Positions 39,018 to 52,972 of a stretch of 64,000 nucleotides of DNA are shown piece after piece. The translations under genes and the position numbers were made by a program. Each line of letters starts with the position of its first letter. The stretch's first letter is position 1. Below the pieces are notes generated by a model. That model was not told where the DNA came from, did not search any database, and was given only the letters and a program-made list of their open reading frames with translations. This DNA is from Octopus sinensis (lineage: Eukaryota), in the NCBI RefSeq assembly GCF_006345805.1, contig NC_043001.1:123690001-123754000 (forward strand). Reading direction: 5' to 3'.

Positions 39018-41060
39018 TTCTATATTATATATATATATATTATATATATATATATATTCGAGAGAGAGAGAGAGAGAGATTCGTCTATATGCATACACAC
39101 ACACACGCACACCCATACACATATATTATCGTATATTACCTGATTACTAATCATCGCCCAACCCAACATTGCCGCCGCATTTTAAAGACGATAGAAAAAT
39201 TGAACTAGATCTAGGCTCCTACTTGTCTGTGCAAAAACCCTACAAAATTAGGACTACAGTCTGGGATATATTATATCTGAATGCAAAGAAAGAATTTCGA
39301 ATTTTTTGTATATTTTGATTAAATCTGAGGAAAAAAAAAATGAAAAGCTACAAAGTTAAAAAAAACTTTATATTATATTATGTTATATGATAAACATAAT
39401 TTTATCGTGTATTTGAAATTTGTTTTTATAAGTAATATCAATATTTAATAGTTAGATATAGAATTGTCATCTGATAAAAAAACGCTTGAAATTGTTGCTT
39501 TACATATCAGAGGATTAAACGTTCAGAAAGCTATCAACTCAGCTAAATGTATTTGTGCCATCCTGACACTGTTGTTTCGTCAGATACAGAGATACAAATC
39601 ATTTGGAAAAATCAAATGATTTTATCCACTTATCAACTAACATCCAACAACTCGGTAAATTGATTCATTATCTGAATATTGCATTTTCGTTCCATTTTCC
39701 ACACACCCTACGTTTGTTCTGCATTGTTCGGTATTACTCATTAACTTTATCAAATTCGTCCTGATTTGCTCCAAGTTTTCTTCAGTGATTCCCGTCCAGT
39801 GCTCAGAACTTTCAGAATCCTCACTTGTTATCCACGGAATGTTCTTTAGCTTTTCCCGCTTTTATCCTGACTTTCTTAATATTCTAAAATTATTTTACTT
39901 TTTCAAAATTTTGCTCGGTATTTTTACTATGCACATCATAATTTTCCGAACTTCAAATCGAGGCATTGATGCTGCCGTCTTCAAATTATCAAAACTCTGT
40001 ACCTACCCATGCTGGTATGATGCGCCTGTCGGCATTGCTATTGTGAACAGCTTCCTAGTTCTAGCCGCCTTTGTTGGATTTAAAATGGAACGCCGTTTCT
40101 CAACAGTTACATTGAAGTAAGCCTCTTTCTTTCTCCGTAATAGATTTTCCTCCATGAAGCAAAATTTAACTCTACCTTAATACTTCTTTTCTCGTTCTGA
40201 AAATTCTTTGATCATTCAACCGTTTCTTGATTTGTTTATTCTATTAACACCTTCACTGTTCTGACTACATCTCAGGGTTCCAACTGAGACAGACGTTGTT
40301 TTCTCGTGACTTAATTTTTATATTCAGTTTTATTTTTTTCTTCGTGAAAATCGTGCGGGTGAAAGGATAAAATAATACCCAAGCAGTAGGTCAGTGGGAG
40401 ACATTTCTTTTCTTTTTCCAGCTTTCCAACTTTGCGTTCTCCAGCTTCATTTCTACCTTTTGTTGAAGAGCGAATGCTCAAACCGAGAAAGTCGGCTACT
40501 TTTTCTGAGCATGAATGTAATATAACAGACAGTGTTATTCCATGTGAATGGACTGACTCAGCTGATAATGGTTTTCCTTTCTATAGAAAGTCTCGGCATG
40601 ATATAAATCATCTTTTGCAGATTATACTTAGTTCCGTAACTAAATTTTGAATGTTGATATTGATGCAGTATAAATGCAATGCTGAAACATCGATGTGATG
40701 ATTATCGCCACTACATTACTTTCCAGAAAGGGACTGATAAAAACTGGAGGTGGAATATAAAAAAGAAGGAAGCCTACACTGAAACATCTTTATGGCGTTA
40801 ATGACTGGAAAGTGCATGAATATTTGTACTATGTCCTCGCCTTCCCAGTTATATTGCATTAAAGAACCAACGCACTAAACCTCAGAATGATGAGACTTGA
40901 TAAATGTACGGTATTTCATGCTAAAGATGGTTCCTGAGAAAATATGAAGTCATAAAAGAAAGTTATATGAAATATGAAACTCCGAGTAACGTAGTCACCT
41001 ATGAACAACTATACAAATATTTCAGCTTATAAAATATTAATATATACATACAAACACACA

Positions 41061-41139
<79 letters not shown>

Positions 41140-41140
41140 T

Positions 41141-41340
41141 ACTCTTTTACTTGTTTCAGTCATTTAACTGCGGCCATGCTGGAGCACCGCCTTTAATCGA
41201 GCAACTCGACCCCGGGACTTATTCTTTTGTAAGCCCAGTACTTATTCTATCGGTCTCTTTTGGCGAACCGCTAAGTAACGGGGACATAAACACACCAGCA
41301 TCGGTTGTCAAGCAATGCTAGGGGGACAAACACAGACACA

Positions 41341-41402
<62 letters not shown>

Positions 41403-41844
41403 TACACACACACACACACACACTATATATATATATATATATATATTACTCTTTTACTTGTTTCAGTCATTTAACTGCGGCCATGCTGGAGCACCGCCTT
41501 TAATCGAGCAACTCGACCCCGGGACTTATTCTTTTGTAAGCCCAGTACTTATTCTATCGGTCTCTTTTGCCGAACCGCTAAGTAACGGGGACATAAACAC
41601 ACCAGCATCGGTTGTCAAGCAATGCTAGGGGGACAAACACAGACACACAAACACACACACGCGTATATATATATACATATATACGACGGGCTTCTTTCAG
41701 TTTCCGTCTACCAAATCCACTCACAAGGCTTTGGTCGGCCCGAGGCTATAGCAGAAGACACTTGCCCAAAGTGCCACGCAGTGGGACTGAACCCGGAACC
41801 ATGTGGTTGGTAAACAAGCTACTTACCACACAACCACTCCTGCG

Positions 41845-41846
<2 letters not shown>
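41141..41846 (-). mobile_element. SINE family A (41448-41846) plus a 307-bp tandem duplicate of its 3' half
   Basis: ACTCTTTTACTTGTTTCAGTC starts at 41141 and 41448; the halves are nearly identical. Confidence 0.92.
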
Positions 41847-41901
<55 letters not shown>

Positions 41902-41907
41902 TATAAT

Positions 41908-41987
<80 letters not shown>

Positions 41988-42039
41988 GATATAGATATAG
42001 ATTGCCATGTTGATTCGCTAGCTTTTGCACGCATTTTTT

Positions 42040-42211
42040 TTCTTTCCTTGTTTCTTTCCGTGTTTCTTTTCTGTGTATCTTTCTGTTGAAGAGCGTAGGC
42101 TCGAAACGTAAAAGACTTGTTTTATTTATATTCCTGAGCGCCATACTAATACAATTGTTTGTTAGTATTCCACCTGCCTTCGTCTTTTGTTTATTTTCAT
42201 AAAGCTTCCCG

Positions 42212-42215
<4 letters not shown>
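42040..42215 (+). mobile_element. PLE terminal fragment with HHR-like motif (42078-42115)
   Basis: UCUUU-CUGUUGA-A-GAGC-GUAG-GCUC-GAAACGUA|AAAGA: 5-bp stem I, A6U core change; ends in (TA)n. Confidence 0.75.
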
Positions 42216-42245
<30 letters not shown>

Positions 42246-42637
42246 TTTGAATATCACAGTTTTGCAGCTATATTCTCTCAATGTTATATTTACATGGTAT
42301 TGTGGTATTGGCTGATCAGTTATTTGCGAACAACAAATGGAAGTAAGTAATTTATTGAAGAAGTAAGTAAAATAAATCCTAAAGCTGTGTGCGAAGAAAA
42401 ATTTCTCAGGAAGTATCATGGAAAATATTTGGCTCGGCTTGGTTTCGGTGGTTTCGTGCCAAACAGGAGGAAGATGTAACGTCCTAGAATGTTGGTTTGA
42501 ACCCTGACGATTGAAATAAAATCAGCCATACTCGGCACTGATTTAGGGAGCGGAACTGCGTACGGTGTTGAAATTATAAAGATCTTTAGTAGATAGCTGA
42601 TAAGGGCAATGTCTCGCAGTGCAAACCATGCGTAAAA

Positions 42638-43030
42638 TCTTTATATATAAAAGAGAGGTTGTGTGTCTGTCTCCTACGATTTAGATTCCTAACTACTCCC
42701 ACATTTTGCCGTGCAGTTTAACCAAAACCGGGTATCTTATAGTCGTGATTAATATCGAGCACTTCTGGGTATTAGCGCACGTCTACGATGAGTCTACAAT
42801 TAAAAAAAAAAATTACCATCATTTTTTCCATTTTAATGCAGTTTTTCGCTATTATATAAGGGAAGTCACTCTCTAAAAATGTCTACGATGAGTCAATGAT
42901 AAAAAAAATTTACCATCATTTTTTTCCATTTTTAATGCATTTTTTTGCTATCTTTTGGCTGTAACTCTCTAAAAATGCTTATATAGTTATTTCCCTTACA
43001 AACCCGAGCAACGCCGGGCGATACTGCTAG
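42638..43030 (+). mobile_element. non-autonomous Helitron (393 bp) with internal ~110-bp duplication
   Basis: A|TC start, subterminal GC hairpin CCCGAGC-AAC-GCCGGG (43003-43018), CTAG|T end. Confidence 0.88.
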
Positions 43031-44129
43031 TATGATATATATGTGTTAGGGTATGTGTATCTATCTGTGCTGCTCTAACTGGCCAGTTATATGCCTCCGT
43101 ATATTTGTGAATTTATATAATTTTTTTCATAAATGTTACATAACACTAGTCGGGTTCTAGTTAGGTCAAATCTGTACTGATCTGTCGTCGTTGACCTGGT
43201 AAGTAGTTCTATGGACAAACATCGTCTCGTCCAAAACTATTCGGTATATCTAGGATTACAAAAAATGATGTCTATTTTATTTTAAGATGGTATGATGTAA
43301 TTGAAAAAATTAGCAAGCCTACTATTCCATGTAGATTGCGCAACGTTGTGGGTCTTTCGTTGCTAGGTAGTTGTTGTGTTGATGGTAAAACTTAGGATGT
43401 GTTGAAGCCCGCGTTGGCGATAACGATTGTTGTTTTAGAATTGACGAGAAATGGCACTAGTCCTGTCTCATATTGCTAAGAGAAATCGATAAGAAGGACA
43501 GTAACATGACGCTCAAGTTGGATATAGCTCGTAATGGAAAAGGTTGTTTGTTAATACTTGTATTATTATTATTATATTATTATTATTATATTATTATTAT
43601 TATTATTATTATATTATTATTATTATTATCATTATTATTATTATTATTATTATTTTCTTTTTCTTACTACTCAGACCGCTCGGTCTTCTTTGGTCTGGTT
43701 CATTCTGTGGGAGCAAACAGCAGCCTGTTGTCAGAGATCTTACGGGGTCTCTTTCCGCCCATTATAAGCTTTCATACTTGTAGTGAAAAGGGTACACACT
43801 CCTTCGCACGTGACAAAGTGGTATGAGGGCCACAATAAAGTCAGACAGTCAGTCGTTATAAGAGGTCTGTAGTAGTAGAGTCGTTGTACGAGTTCTCAGC
43901 TGGAGGAAGTGTCAGTTATGTGATATATACGAGTTCGAGTTACCGTCAGGGTAGACGTTTCAAATTCATTGTTTTGCAGAGCTGTCAGCAATAGTACGAT
44001 TGCCGAATCAAATATAATAAGACGCGCTATACCGCCACAATATAATAACGGCGAAAAAAATATTACAGTGACGGCAATAACATTCAAGTGGACGGGGATC
44101 CACATTATAACAATACTTGATTGTTAATT

Positions 44130-46240
44130 ATCGTGGAAGACATTCAACACTCAAATAACAATAATAGGATCCTAGCTGTCCCGACTTGAGCCCTTTTAGG
44201 GCTTGTTCTGCTCTCATGTCAATTCTAATTTTTCTGATATATTTCTCGAAAGTGGTTGTTAGTGTTCCAAGTGACCATACAATTACTGGGGTGACAGACG
44301 CTCTCCTCATAGTTCACATTCTTGAAATTTCATCTTTTAGTAGTCTGTACTTGACTATTTATTCATGTTTTTGTTACTTATGTACGCATCCCCAGGTATT
44401 GCAGTATCTATAATTTTGGTTTCCTTTTTGTACCTTATCTACCATAACAGCGTCTGGTCTCTGAGCATCGATTAAGGAGTGACATTGGATTGTAAAGTCT
44501 CACAGTCTTATATTCATTGTTCTTGGTGATTCCTATTTGTACCATTTCCATGCTCTGTCCAGGCCGTATTTTTCACATTGTCTCCGGTGAACAAACTTGG
44601 CCACATTATCATGCCTCCTTTTGTAGTGCTTTTGGGCCAGCTTGCTATACTCATTCACAATATGTGAGATTATTTCGTTTTTGCTGGTGCATATCTTACA
44701 AAAGGCGATTCGATACTCTTATATATTCGGAATTTATGGTTAGAAACATAAAAGAAAACATGAAAACTGAATAACAAAAGATACGGAAGAAGAAATGGAG
44801 AGAAAAATCACCTCATGACCAGTACCCTATCAGGCTCGACAAAGGAAGTGACCCTAAGTAAAAGCCAACTGTGGTTCAAAAATTCTGGAAGAAAAGCCGA
44901 GGCACAGATACGCAGCTCACAGAAACAAGCTCTGATAAGTAGTTATCAGAGCTTGTTTCTGTGAGCTGCGTATCTGTGCCTCGGCTTTTCTTCCAGAATT
45001 TTTGAACCACAGTTGGCTTTTACTTAGGGTCACTTCCTTTGTCGAGCCTGATAGGGTACTGGTCATGAGGTGATTTTTCTCTCCATTTCTTCTTCCGTAT
45101 CTTTTGTTATTCAGTTTTCATGTTTTCTTTTATGTTTCTAACCATTTCAGCTATGCCGTCATCCGAGGTCAGTGTGTCAGTGTTGTTTGTTTCTGTTTTG
45201 TATTTTGTTGCTTCCTTGTATATAGAGAAAGTGTTTACTTTTTCTCATGTTGCTTTACTACATGTAGTGGTCTTCCTATCATTGTTTCTAAGTGCTTTGC
45301 TTGTGAATATGTTGTTATTTTTATAGTAGTTTTCTATCTGTATCAAGCCACGCCCTCTTTTTGAGCAGGGCAGATATATTCTGCCTGTGTCTGCTTTGGG
45401 GTGGTGACTTCGGTACGCTGTTAGTAGTTTTCTGGTTTTTCTATCTAGGTTTCACAATTCACTGATCTTCTAGTTTATTATATTAAAGCTGTAATTTATG
45501 AATGGTATGGCTACTGTCATTATCTCTATTATCTTATTTTTAGAATTAATTTCAGTGTTTAATATTAGTCTAATTCTTCTGTAATACTCTCTCCTAATTT
45601 TCTCTTTCATTTCTGTGTGTTGTATTTTAGCTGTTTCTTTTATTCCTAGATATTTGTATGTGCGATTGTGGTCTAGTGTTCTAATATCTGTGTCTATGTC
45701 GAGTGTAGTGTTTTCAGTGATGAATAATTTGCCTCTTCTTAGTGTGAATCTAGCACATTTGTCTACCCCAATGCTCATACCGATGTCATTTCTGAAACTC
45801 TGAACAATTTTGATAGGGTTTCTCTGTTCTGTTCCATGGTGTTTTTGTCGTAACGTGTTAGGTCATCTCCGTACAGGAGATGGTTTATTTTTTTGTCCGT
45901 AACACCTATAACCAATGGTGGTATCCTTTAACAAGTTTGAAGGGGTCAGAGAAGGGCCGAAAATCTGTCGTGACGGTGAGTCTCTCTGGAAAATCTCTCT
46001 TCTTATGGGTATAGGGTAGGTTTTGATAACTTGCGAGCCATTTTTTAATGTTATACTGGTTTTCAAGTATGCCTTTGCATGTTTAATATATTTCAGTAGC
46101 GGTGGGGCTACATTGATTCCAGTGTCCATTAGTGTGGAACACTATCGAATGCTTTCTGGTAATCAATGCAAGTCATGTTCAGGTTTGTCTTTCTCCTCTT
46201 ACAGAAATGGAAACAAATTTGAGAGAAGATAAAAATAACA
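44130..46240 (-). mobile_element. decayed, 5'-truncated R4/Dong-like non-LTR retrotransposon (RT, CCHC knuckle, RLE nuclease)
   Basis: IDYQKAFDSVPH, IFQ.DS, IGVDKC..KYLGI (RT); CKIC..E..SHIV..KLAQKHYKRRHDNVA (knuckle); DFTIQC..RPD..VDK, LGTARIL (RLE). Confidence 0.9.
44736..45145. repeat. perfect palindrome: 203-bp arms, 4-nt spacer
   Basis: 44736-44938 is the reverse complement of 44943-45145; no mismatch found by eye. Confidence 0.95.
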
Positions 46241-46253
46241 ACAACAACAACAG

Positions 46254-46315
<62 letters not shown>

Positions 46316-46319
46316 TTTT

Positions 46320-46359
<40 letters not shown>

Positions 46360-46372
46360 TACTACTACTACA

Positions 46373-46421
<49 letters not shown>

Positions 46422-46468
46422 ATGATAATAATAATAATAATAATAATAATGATAATAATAATAATAAT

Positions 46469-46503
<35 letters not shown>

Positions 46504-46510
46504 TAATAAT
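46237..46510. repeat. (AAC)/(TAC)/(TAA) trinucleotide tract
   Basis: Direct reading. Confidence 0.96.
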
Positions 46511-47029
46511 ATTTGTACGACTTCTGAGTAAGCTAGTTGTGGTGGTGATAGTGGCGCTTCAGATGTTGCTTGTCGCGTTGATCGCATTAAGGCTTGAAGA
46601 AAGCAGGATGAGTGAATGAAGATTATGCGGTAACATGTAATAAGAAAAAAAAAGCTGTATGTCGTAAAAAGTAAAGGAATGAAGTACAGAACAGAAAAAA
46701 AAAGGGAGAAACAAACAAAGCTTGTGTAAGGAAAGAACAAGTACAGTAACATAAATTGCATAATAACGGAGAAAATGGAGACGTCAAGAATATAGATAAA
46801 ACTTACAGAAGCACATCACATATAATATTTAATGAATTGCAAAAAAATCGATTACAGGGAATTACTCAAGAGCTGGTAGATCTAAAACTCCCCCGTTGGA
46901 GTGTTTAAATCTAAGGTCAGTGTGTAATAAGAGCAGCAGAAAAAAAGTTTGAAGATTATAGGTGACTGTGAGGAGTTGAGGAGGACAAAAGAGAGAATAA
47001 TGTCTAGATATATTGTATTTGATGACCGT

Positions 47030-47047
47030 CTATCTATCTATCTATCG

Positions 47048-47146
<99 letters not shown>

Positions 47147-47151
47147 CATCC

Positions 47152-47197
<46 letters not shown>

Positions 47198-47198
47198 A

Positions 47199-47243
<45 letters not shown>

Positions 47244-47259
47244 GTCTGTCTTCTCTCTG

Positions 47260-47326
<67 letters not shown>

Positions 47327-47330
47327 ATGT
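47030..47330. repeat. (TATC)n/(TA)n/(TG)n microsatellite
   Basis: Direct reading. Confidence 0.96.
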
Positions 47331-47429
47331 ATATATATATACAAATACATATACACACACATATATACATATAAAGACATACATAGACACACAGTCACAC
47401 AAACATAGATACACACACACGTATATATA

Positions 47430-47720
47430 GAGAGAAATTTTCAGAATGAGATGAAAATCCAAGTTTGGGAAAGATTTTAGAACATTTATAAATAGGTTCT
47501 AAAGCTGTTTCCGAGATATTTTATATATCCCTTCATCGGAGACGGTGTGCGAAAATGGTTAAACAATAGCTATTCTAGATAAGATATGAAGTAGAGAATG
47601 TAATGGAGGAATGAAAATAGACGTGAGATATGCAGGGATATTGTGATGGGGATATTGTGTGTGTATATAAAGAAGACAGCGTGAGAAACAGGGAGAGTTA
47701 TAAGATGAGATGGGGGAAAA
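47430..47720 (-). mobile_element. PLE fragment, same family as 28104-28546; degenerate HHR at ~47496-47543
   Basis: Long homology to 28104-28310, including TTCATCGGAG. Confidence 0.8.
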
Positions 47721-47785
47721 CAAGGGTCGAAAAATGAATGATGAAAGGATCATCGTTATCCATGAGAAGAATGACCCATCAAATA

Positions 47786-47970
47786 CTAGCAGTATACCCC
47801 GGCATTTCCCGGGATTAAGTTGGGATAATTAAGATAATCAAGCGTTTTGTTTCAAATCAAACACCGACGTCAAATTTGAGCAAATCCAAAGAAATTGTTA
47901 AACGTTTGGTTGAACATGAGTTGCAGACAATTTGTTTGTGAAATCCCATAAGGGATCGGTTTATCGATGT

Positions 47971-48001
<31 letters not shown>
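47786..48001 (-). mobile_element. small Helitron-like element
   Basis: Minus strand: A|TCTATATA..AAAAAC start, hairpin CCCGGGAAATGCCGGG, TACTGCTAG|T end like 43021-43030. Confidence 0.65.
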
Positions 48002-48043
<42 letters not shown>

Positions 48044-48147
48044 ATATATACATATATATATACATATATATATATGTATATATCTATATATATATATCTA
48101 TATGCATATATATATATATATATATATGCATATATATATATATATGC

Positions 48148-48200
<53 letters not shown>

Positions 48201-48215
48201 CATATAAACGTACAC

Positions 48216-48260
<45 letters not shown>

Positions 48261-48735
48261 ATACATGCATATAAACATACACATATGTATTTGACGATAA
48301 TCTTTTACGTCTCTCATTTTCAGATATAGCTTGATATATAGGTGAACAGTCAGCGGTGTTCCTGGCGAGCGAACGATTTAAACTTGTAGTTGTGAAGAAG
48401 TTAGCTGAATGAAAACTGAAATACATCTCAATATAGGAAGAGAGTTACTTCCTATAATGTCATGATTTCCACCTGTATTATTAAAACTGCAAGAACTTGA
48501 TAAAACTGCTACTCAGAGTTTCAAGTTTCCTCTCGTCGGGCAGGTGTGATCATAAAAGCATATTACTATACCTCCCATACGCGAGTACTAATTTTTCCAT
48601 CTTGATTCGCATTTATCTGCTTACTCAAGCTTGTGTGTGTGTGTGTGTGTGTCTCTCTCTCTACACACACACACACACACACACACTCACACACACACAA
48701 ATAAAACTCACAACATATATATATATGTATAAATG

Positions 48736-48790
<55 letters not shown>

Positions 48791-50049
48791 TGTATATATG
48801 TGTGTATATATATATATATTTATTTGTAGTTTAATGTCCCATTATATATATATATATATACATATGGCATTTTTTTATATAGAATACATGTGTACCTTTG
48901 CTCTTACTTGTATGCACAACACTTCAGCGATCTATAACACATAATTTCGCAACGACATATTCCAACGCGACCAAATTAACAGACACTTTACCTAAAAGTG
49001 CACAGTAAATTTTTATTGTCACCAAGAGAATAATTGCTACTTTGCTCAATACAGCATAACAAATGATTTAGACTGAAAACCAACAAAAAGAAAAAGAAAA
49101 ACAAAACAAAGCAATAAACGGAAACAAAGCAAGAATTGACGTGAAAACGAAAGTAAAAGTACATTGTGATCGTCATTTCTGAAGCATTAGTCAATAAACT
49201 GAGACAATTCAAACGCGAATGAAACCATCTGTGGACAGTATTCGCAGCAACCACCACCCCATTTGTGGTGTTATCACACATAGGAAACACTGAGTAATGC
49301 AGGGAGGTTACAATCTGGAACAAGGAATGGCAGTGTAGTTATGAAGACTTCTTAGTAACCACGGCGTTTCATGGTCGCAGGTGTCTTTTACTTTAGACAA
49401 ATGTGGACAGACTAATGTCTTGTGACCAAATTTGACAGACTACCGACTGTCAAAATCCACTCTGTGGAAGCACATCGTATATATAATGCATACGCATTCA
49501 CACACATGTACACACAGGCACACACAGGCACACACACACATATACACAAAGAATTATGTGTGTGTGTCTTTGTGTTTGTATCTGTCACCCCACTGTTTGA
49601 CAACCGGTGTTATTTTGCTCACATCTCCGTAACTTGGAGACCGCTAGATTGAGTACCAAAGTTTTCAAAAACAAGTACTTGTGTCAATTTGTTGAAATAA
49701 AACTATCCCAGTCAGTGCCCCAGCATAGCCGCTGACCAATAAGTGAAAGAAATAAAAGATAAAGAAGAACGTATATATGTACACTCACACACATAACTAA
49801 AAAGTTAACACCAATCCATGGGAAATAGTTTTTCTTTTCCTCCCGGCAAATGTTTTTCTGTATATTGTTCTATTTCTCTTTACCAATACCGAAGCAGTCT
49901 GATTTTCTATACACCACTAGTATAAAAGAAAGTTTGCTCTCTGGGACGGTATATCTGTAGAGTTGTCGATATTGACCAATCCAACAGTCAGTGCAGAACA
50001 GAACATGGTAACTTCCGTACTAGATATGTGTCGTAAAAGGTAATATAAG

Positions 50050-51170
50050 ACTCGATGTAAGGCGACAAACTGGTAGAATTGTTAGGATGATAAGAAAACA
50101 ATATCTTGCGACATTTTGTCCGTCTTTACGTTCAGAGTTCAAATGTAGCTGCGGTCGACTTTGTTGTTTCATCCTTTCTGGGTCGATAGAATAAGTATCA
50201 GTTGAGCACTGGGGTCGATCTAATCGACTTAGCCCCTCCCTTGAAATTGCTGGCCTTGTTCCAAAATTTGAAACTAACATACGGTGCGATGGTTTATGAA
50301 AATAGAATCACTGTTATTCAGGCTGATTGTAAATTTTTCTGACTTATTGACAAGAATTTATTAAACTTTCGAGAAAATGTGAAATAATTCTTTTTGTGAG
50401 GATTGAATCTCGAAGTCATCACATAAATCTATAATTGAAAGCACATAAATATTGAGTTGAAAAACCCTTTCAGACAGACAAACTTTAGCTTAATTCAAAT
50501 AGTTTTGTGATATATTTACGAAGGTTAAGAAGCTAAAAACACAACTAAGCCCTCCAGTAGGTGTAGAGACTGAACAGATAAAATGATTTTACAACTTTTA
50601 CCATAACATAGAAAAATTTTCCACGGTAATCTACAGTGAATTTGTCCTTAAAACATTATATGTCAAATACATTTGAACTAACGTAAAGTATGTTTCTTTT
50701 TCATTACGGACTAGCGCTGCTACTACTGTATTTGTTCTGGCCAGGTTATCCGCATGGACAAATCAGTCACTAAAATTGGTTAAAAATTTTGGTAGAAGGT
50801 AGGCAATTTTATGGGAGAGAATAAGTCAATTTGCTCATATGCTACTTATTTTATCGGCCTCGAGGGGATGACAGGCACTGTCGACTACGGCAGAATTTGA
50901 ACTCAGAACGTAAAGACGGATGAAACGCCGGCTCGCTATCTTCAATCAGTCACTAACACATGTTTCAAATTTTTGGCAAAAGGCCAGTAATTTCTATGGA
51001 AAGGGTAATTCGATTATATTAACCCCAGTGTTTGACTGGTAATTTTATCGTCCCTGAAAGGATAAAAGGCAAAGTCGGACTCAGTGCAATTTGAAATCAG
51101 AACTTCAAGGTTAACGAAATGCCGCTAAGCATTTTTTCCAGTGCAGTAACGATTCTGCTAGCTCGCCGCT
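50050..51170. mobile_element. three degenerate SINE family B copies (50050-50285 +; 50790-50930 -; 50960-51170 -)
   Basis: Family B motifs in opposite orientations. Confidence 0.72.
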
Positions 51171-51282
51171 TTGTGTCACTCAATACTATTGTCTATTCTA
51201 AGATGTGCTTCGAGTTGCAGTGTCTCAATATATGTATGTACATACATACATAGAAAGATACATACATACTTATATACATATA

Positions 51283-51585
51283 AGGAGTGGATGTGTGGTA
51301 AGTAGCTTGCTTACCAACCACATGGTTCCGGGTTCAGTCCCACTGCGTGGCACTTTGGGCAAGTGTCTTCTACTATAGCCTCGGGCCGACCAGACCCTTG
51401 TGAGTGGATTTGGTAGACGGAAACTGAAAGAAGCCTGTCGTATACATGTATATATATATATATTTATGTGTGTGTATATGTTTGTGTGTCTCTTTGTCCC
51501 CCCAACATCGCTTGACAACCGATGCTAGTGTGTTTACGTCCCCGTAACTTAGCGGTTCGGTAAAAGAGACCGATGGAATAAGTAC
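51283..51585 (+). mobile_element. SINE family A, 3'-truncated
   Basis: Family A consensus. Confidence 0.9.
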
Positions 51586-51945
51586 ACACACACACATATA
51601 TATATACATAAATATATATATATATATATATATATATGCATTTGTGTATATATTTGTTGCTACACTAATGTAGGGAACAATACGCAGCAATGGACTAGGT
51701 TGGGAGGAGTTAAGTTTATTGAAGAGAACCTAGTTCCGAATGCATATTTGACTCATCGGGATTTCTGCAGAATTAATAGAGATTTATTCCAGTATTCTAA
51801 CATTCATGGCACTATCCTGCCACTGTGTATTGGGTGAACCGTTAATATAAATAGATAACATATTGATATGTATAGAAAGATAAAATATTAGACAGATATA
51901 TTAAGAATACATGCATACACACATGCAGCTACATATATATTTATG

Positions 51946-51976
<31 letters not shown>

Positions 51977-52083
51977 TATAATATATATATATATAGATAT
52001 ATATATATAGATATATATTATATATATATAATATATTTTATATATACATATATATATATATAATATATATTATATATAATATA

Positions 52084-52114
<31 letters not shown>

Positions 52115-52240
52115 GCATATATGAATATATATATATATACATATAAATATATGTATATATGAATATTATATATATATATATATTGCATATATACACATAT
52201 ATATATATATATAGATACTAGTGATATATCATAATATATA

Positions 52241-52271
<31 letters not shown>

Positions 52272-52364
52272 CATGCATACATACATATATAGTACATATA
52301 TATGCATATATGCATATAACTATCTATCCATATAATACAGATACACATATATGAATGTATATAT

Positions 52365-52422
<58 letters not shown>

Positions 52423-52972
52423 TATATATTGAGGACGAGGGAGAAATTCAATAAGAAATTTGTGGAAGGTTGTAAGAGATAAAGAGTTAGCAACTTGAAG
52501 CAATACCGCATGACGACTGGAGCAATAAAAATAGTATCATGTATGTATGATGTATAACATTAATATTGCCGAAGTTTGCTATAGAATAAATATGGGTAGT
52601 CTATTGTAATATCCATGTTGTGTTTCATGGTGGCAAGGATATATGCAAGACGCATATTTTCCCCGATATTGCATTGATCGTTGCATGCAAAAGTTATTTG
52701 CGTTTCCGTTTCGAATGCGGCATGCTGTAACACTACCTTGTAGGATTTAGTCGGAAATATCCACCTGGTAATCATTTGTAAATCTTGTTACTGTCCTGCT
52801 GGCGAACCGCTAGGTTATGAAGATGTAAACAAATCGATATCAGTTGTCAAGTGATGATTGGGTACAAAATTGAAACACAAACACACACTTGGATACATAT
52901 AAACGCGCATACATACATACACGTATCTATATGAATACGTATGCATGTATGTATGTGTGTATGTATATATTA

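Noticed and set aside
39640-40200. Possible LINE ORF2 remnant (PWIT, KEAYFN on the minus strand)
   Set aside because: Motif order is reversed relative to CR1/L2 and the frames are broken; unassigned.
40445-40500. HHR-like TTGTTGAAGAGCGAATGCTCAAACC
   Set aside because: Core and GAAA are both mutated; a dead relic of the 42078 family.
52430-52780. Complex sequence resembling a membrane-protein exon
   Set aside because: All frames contain stops and no family motif was recognised.
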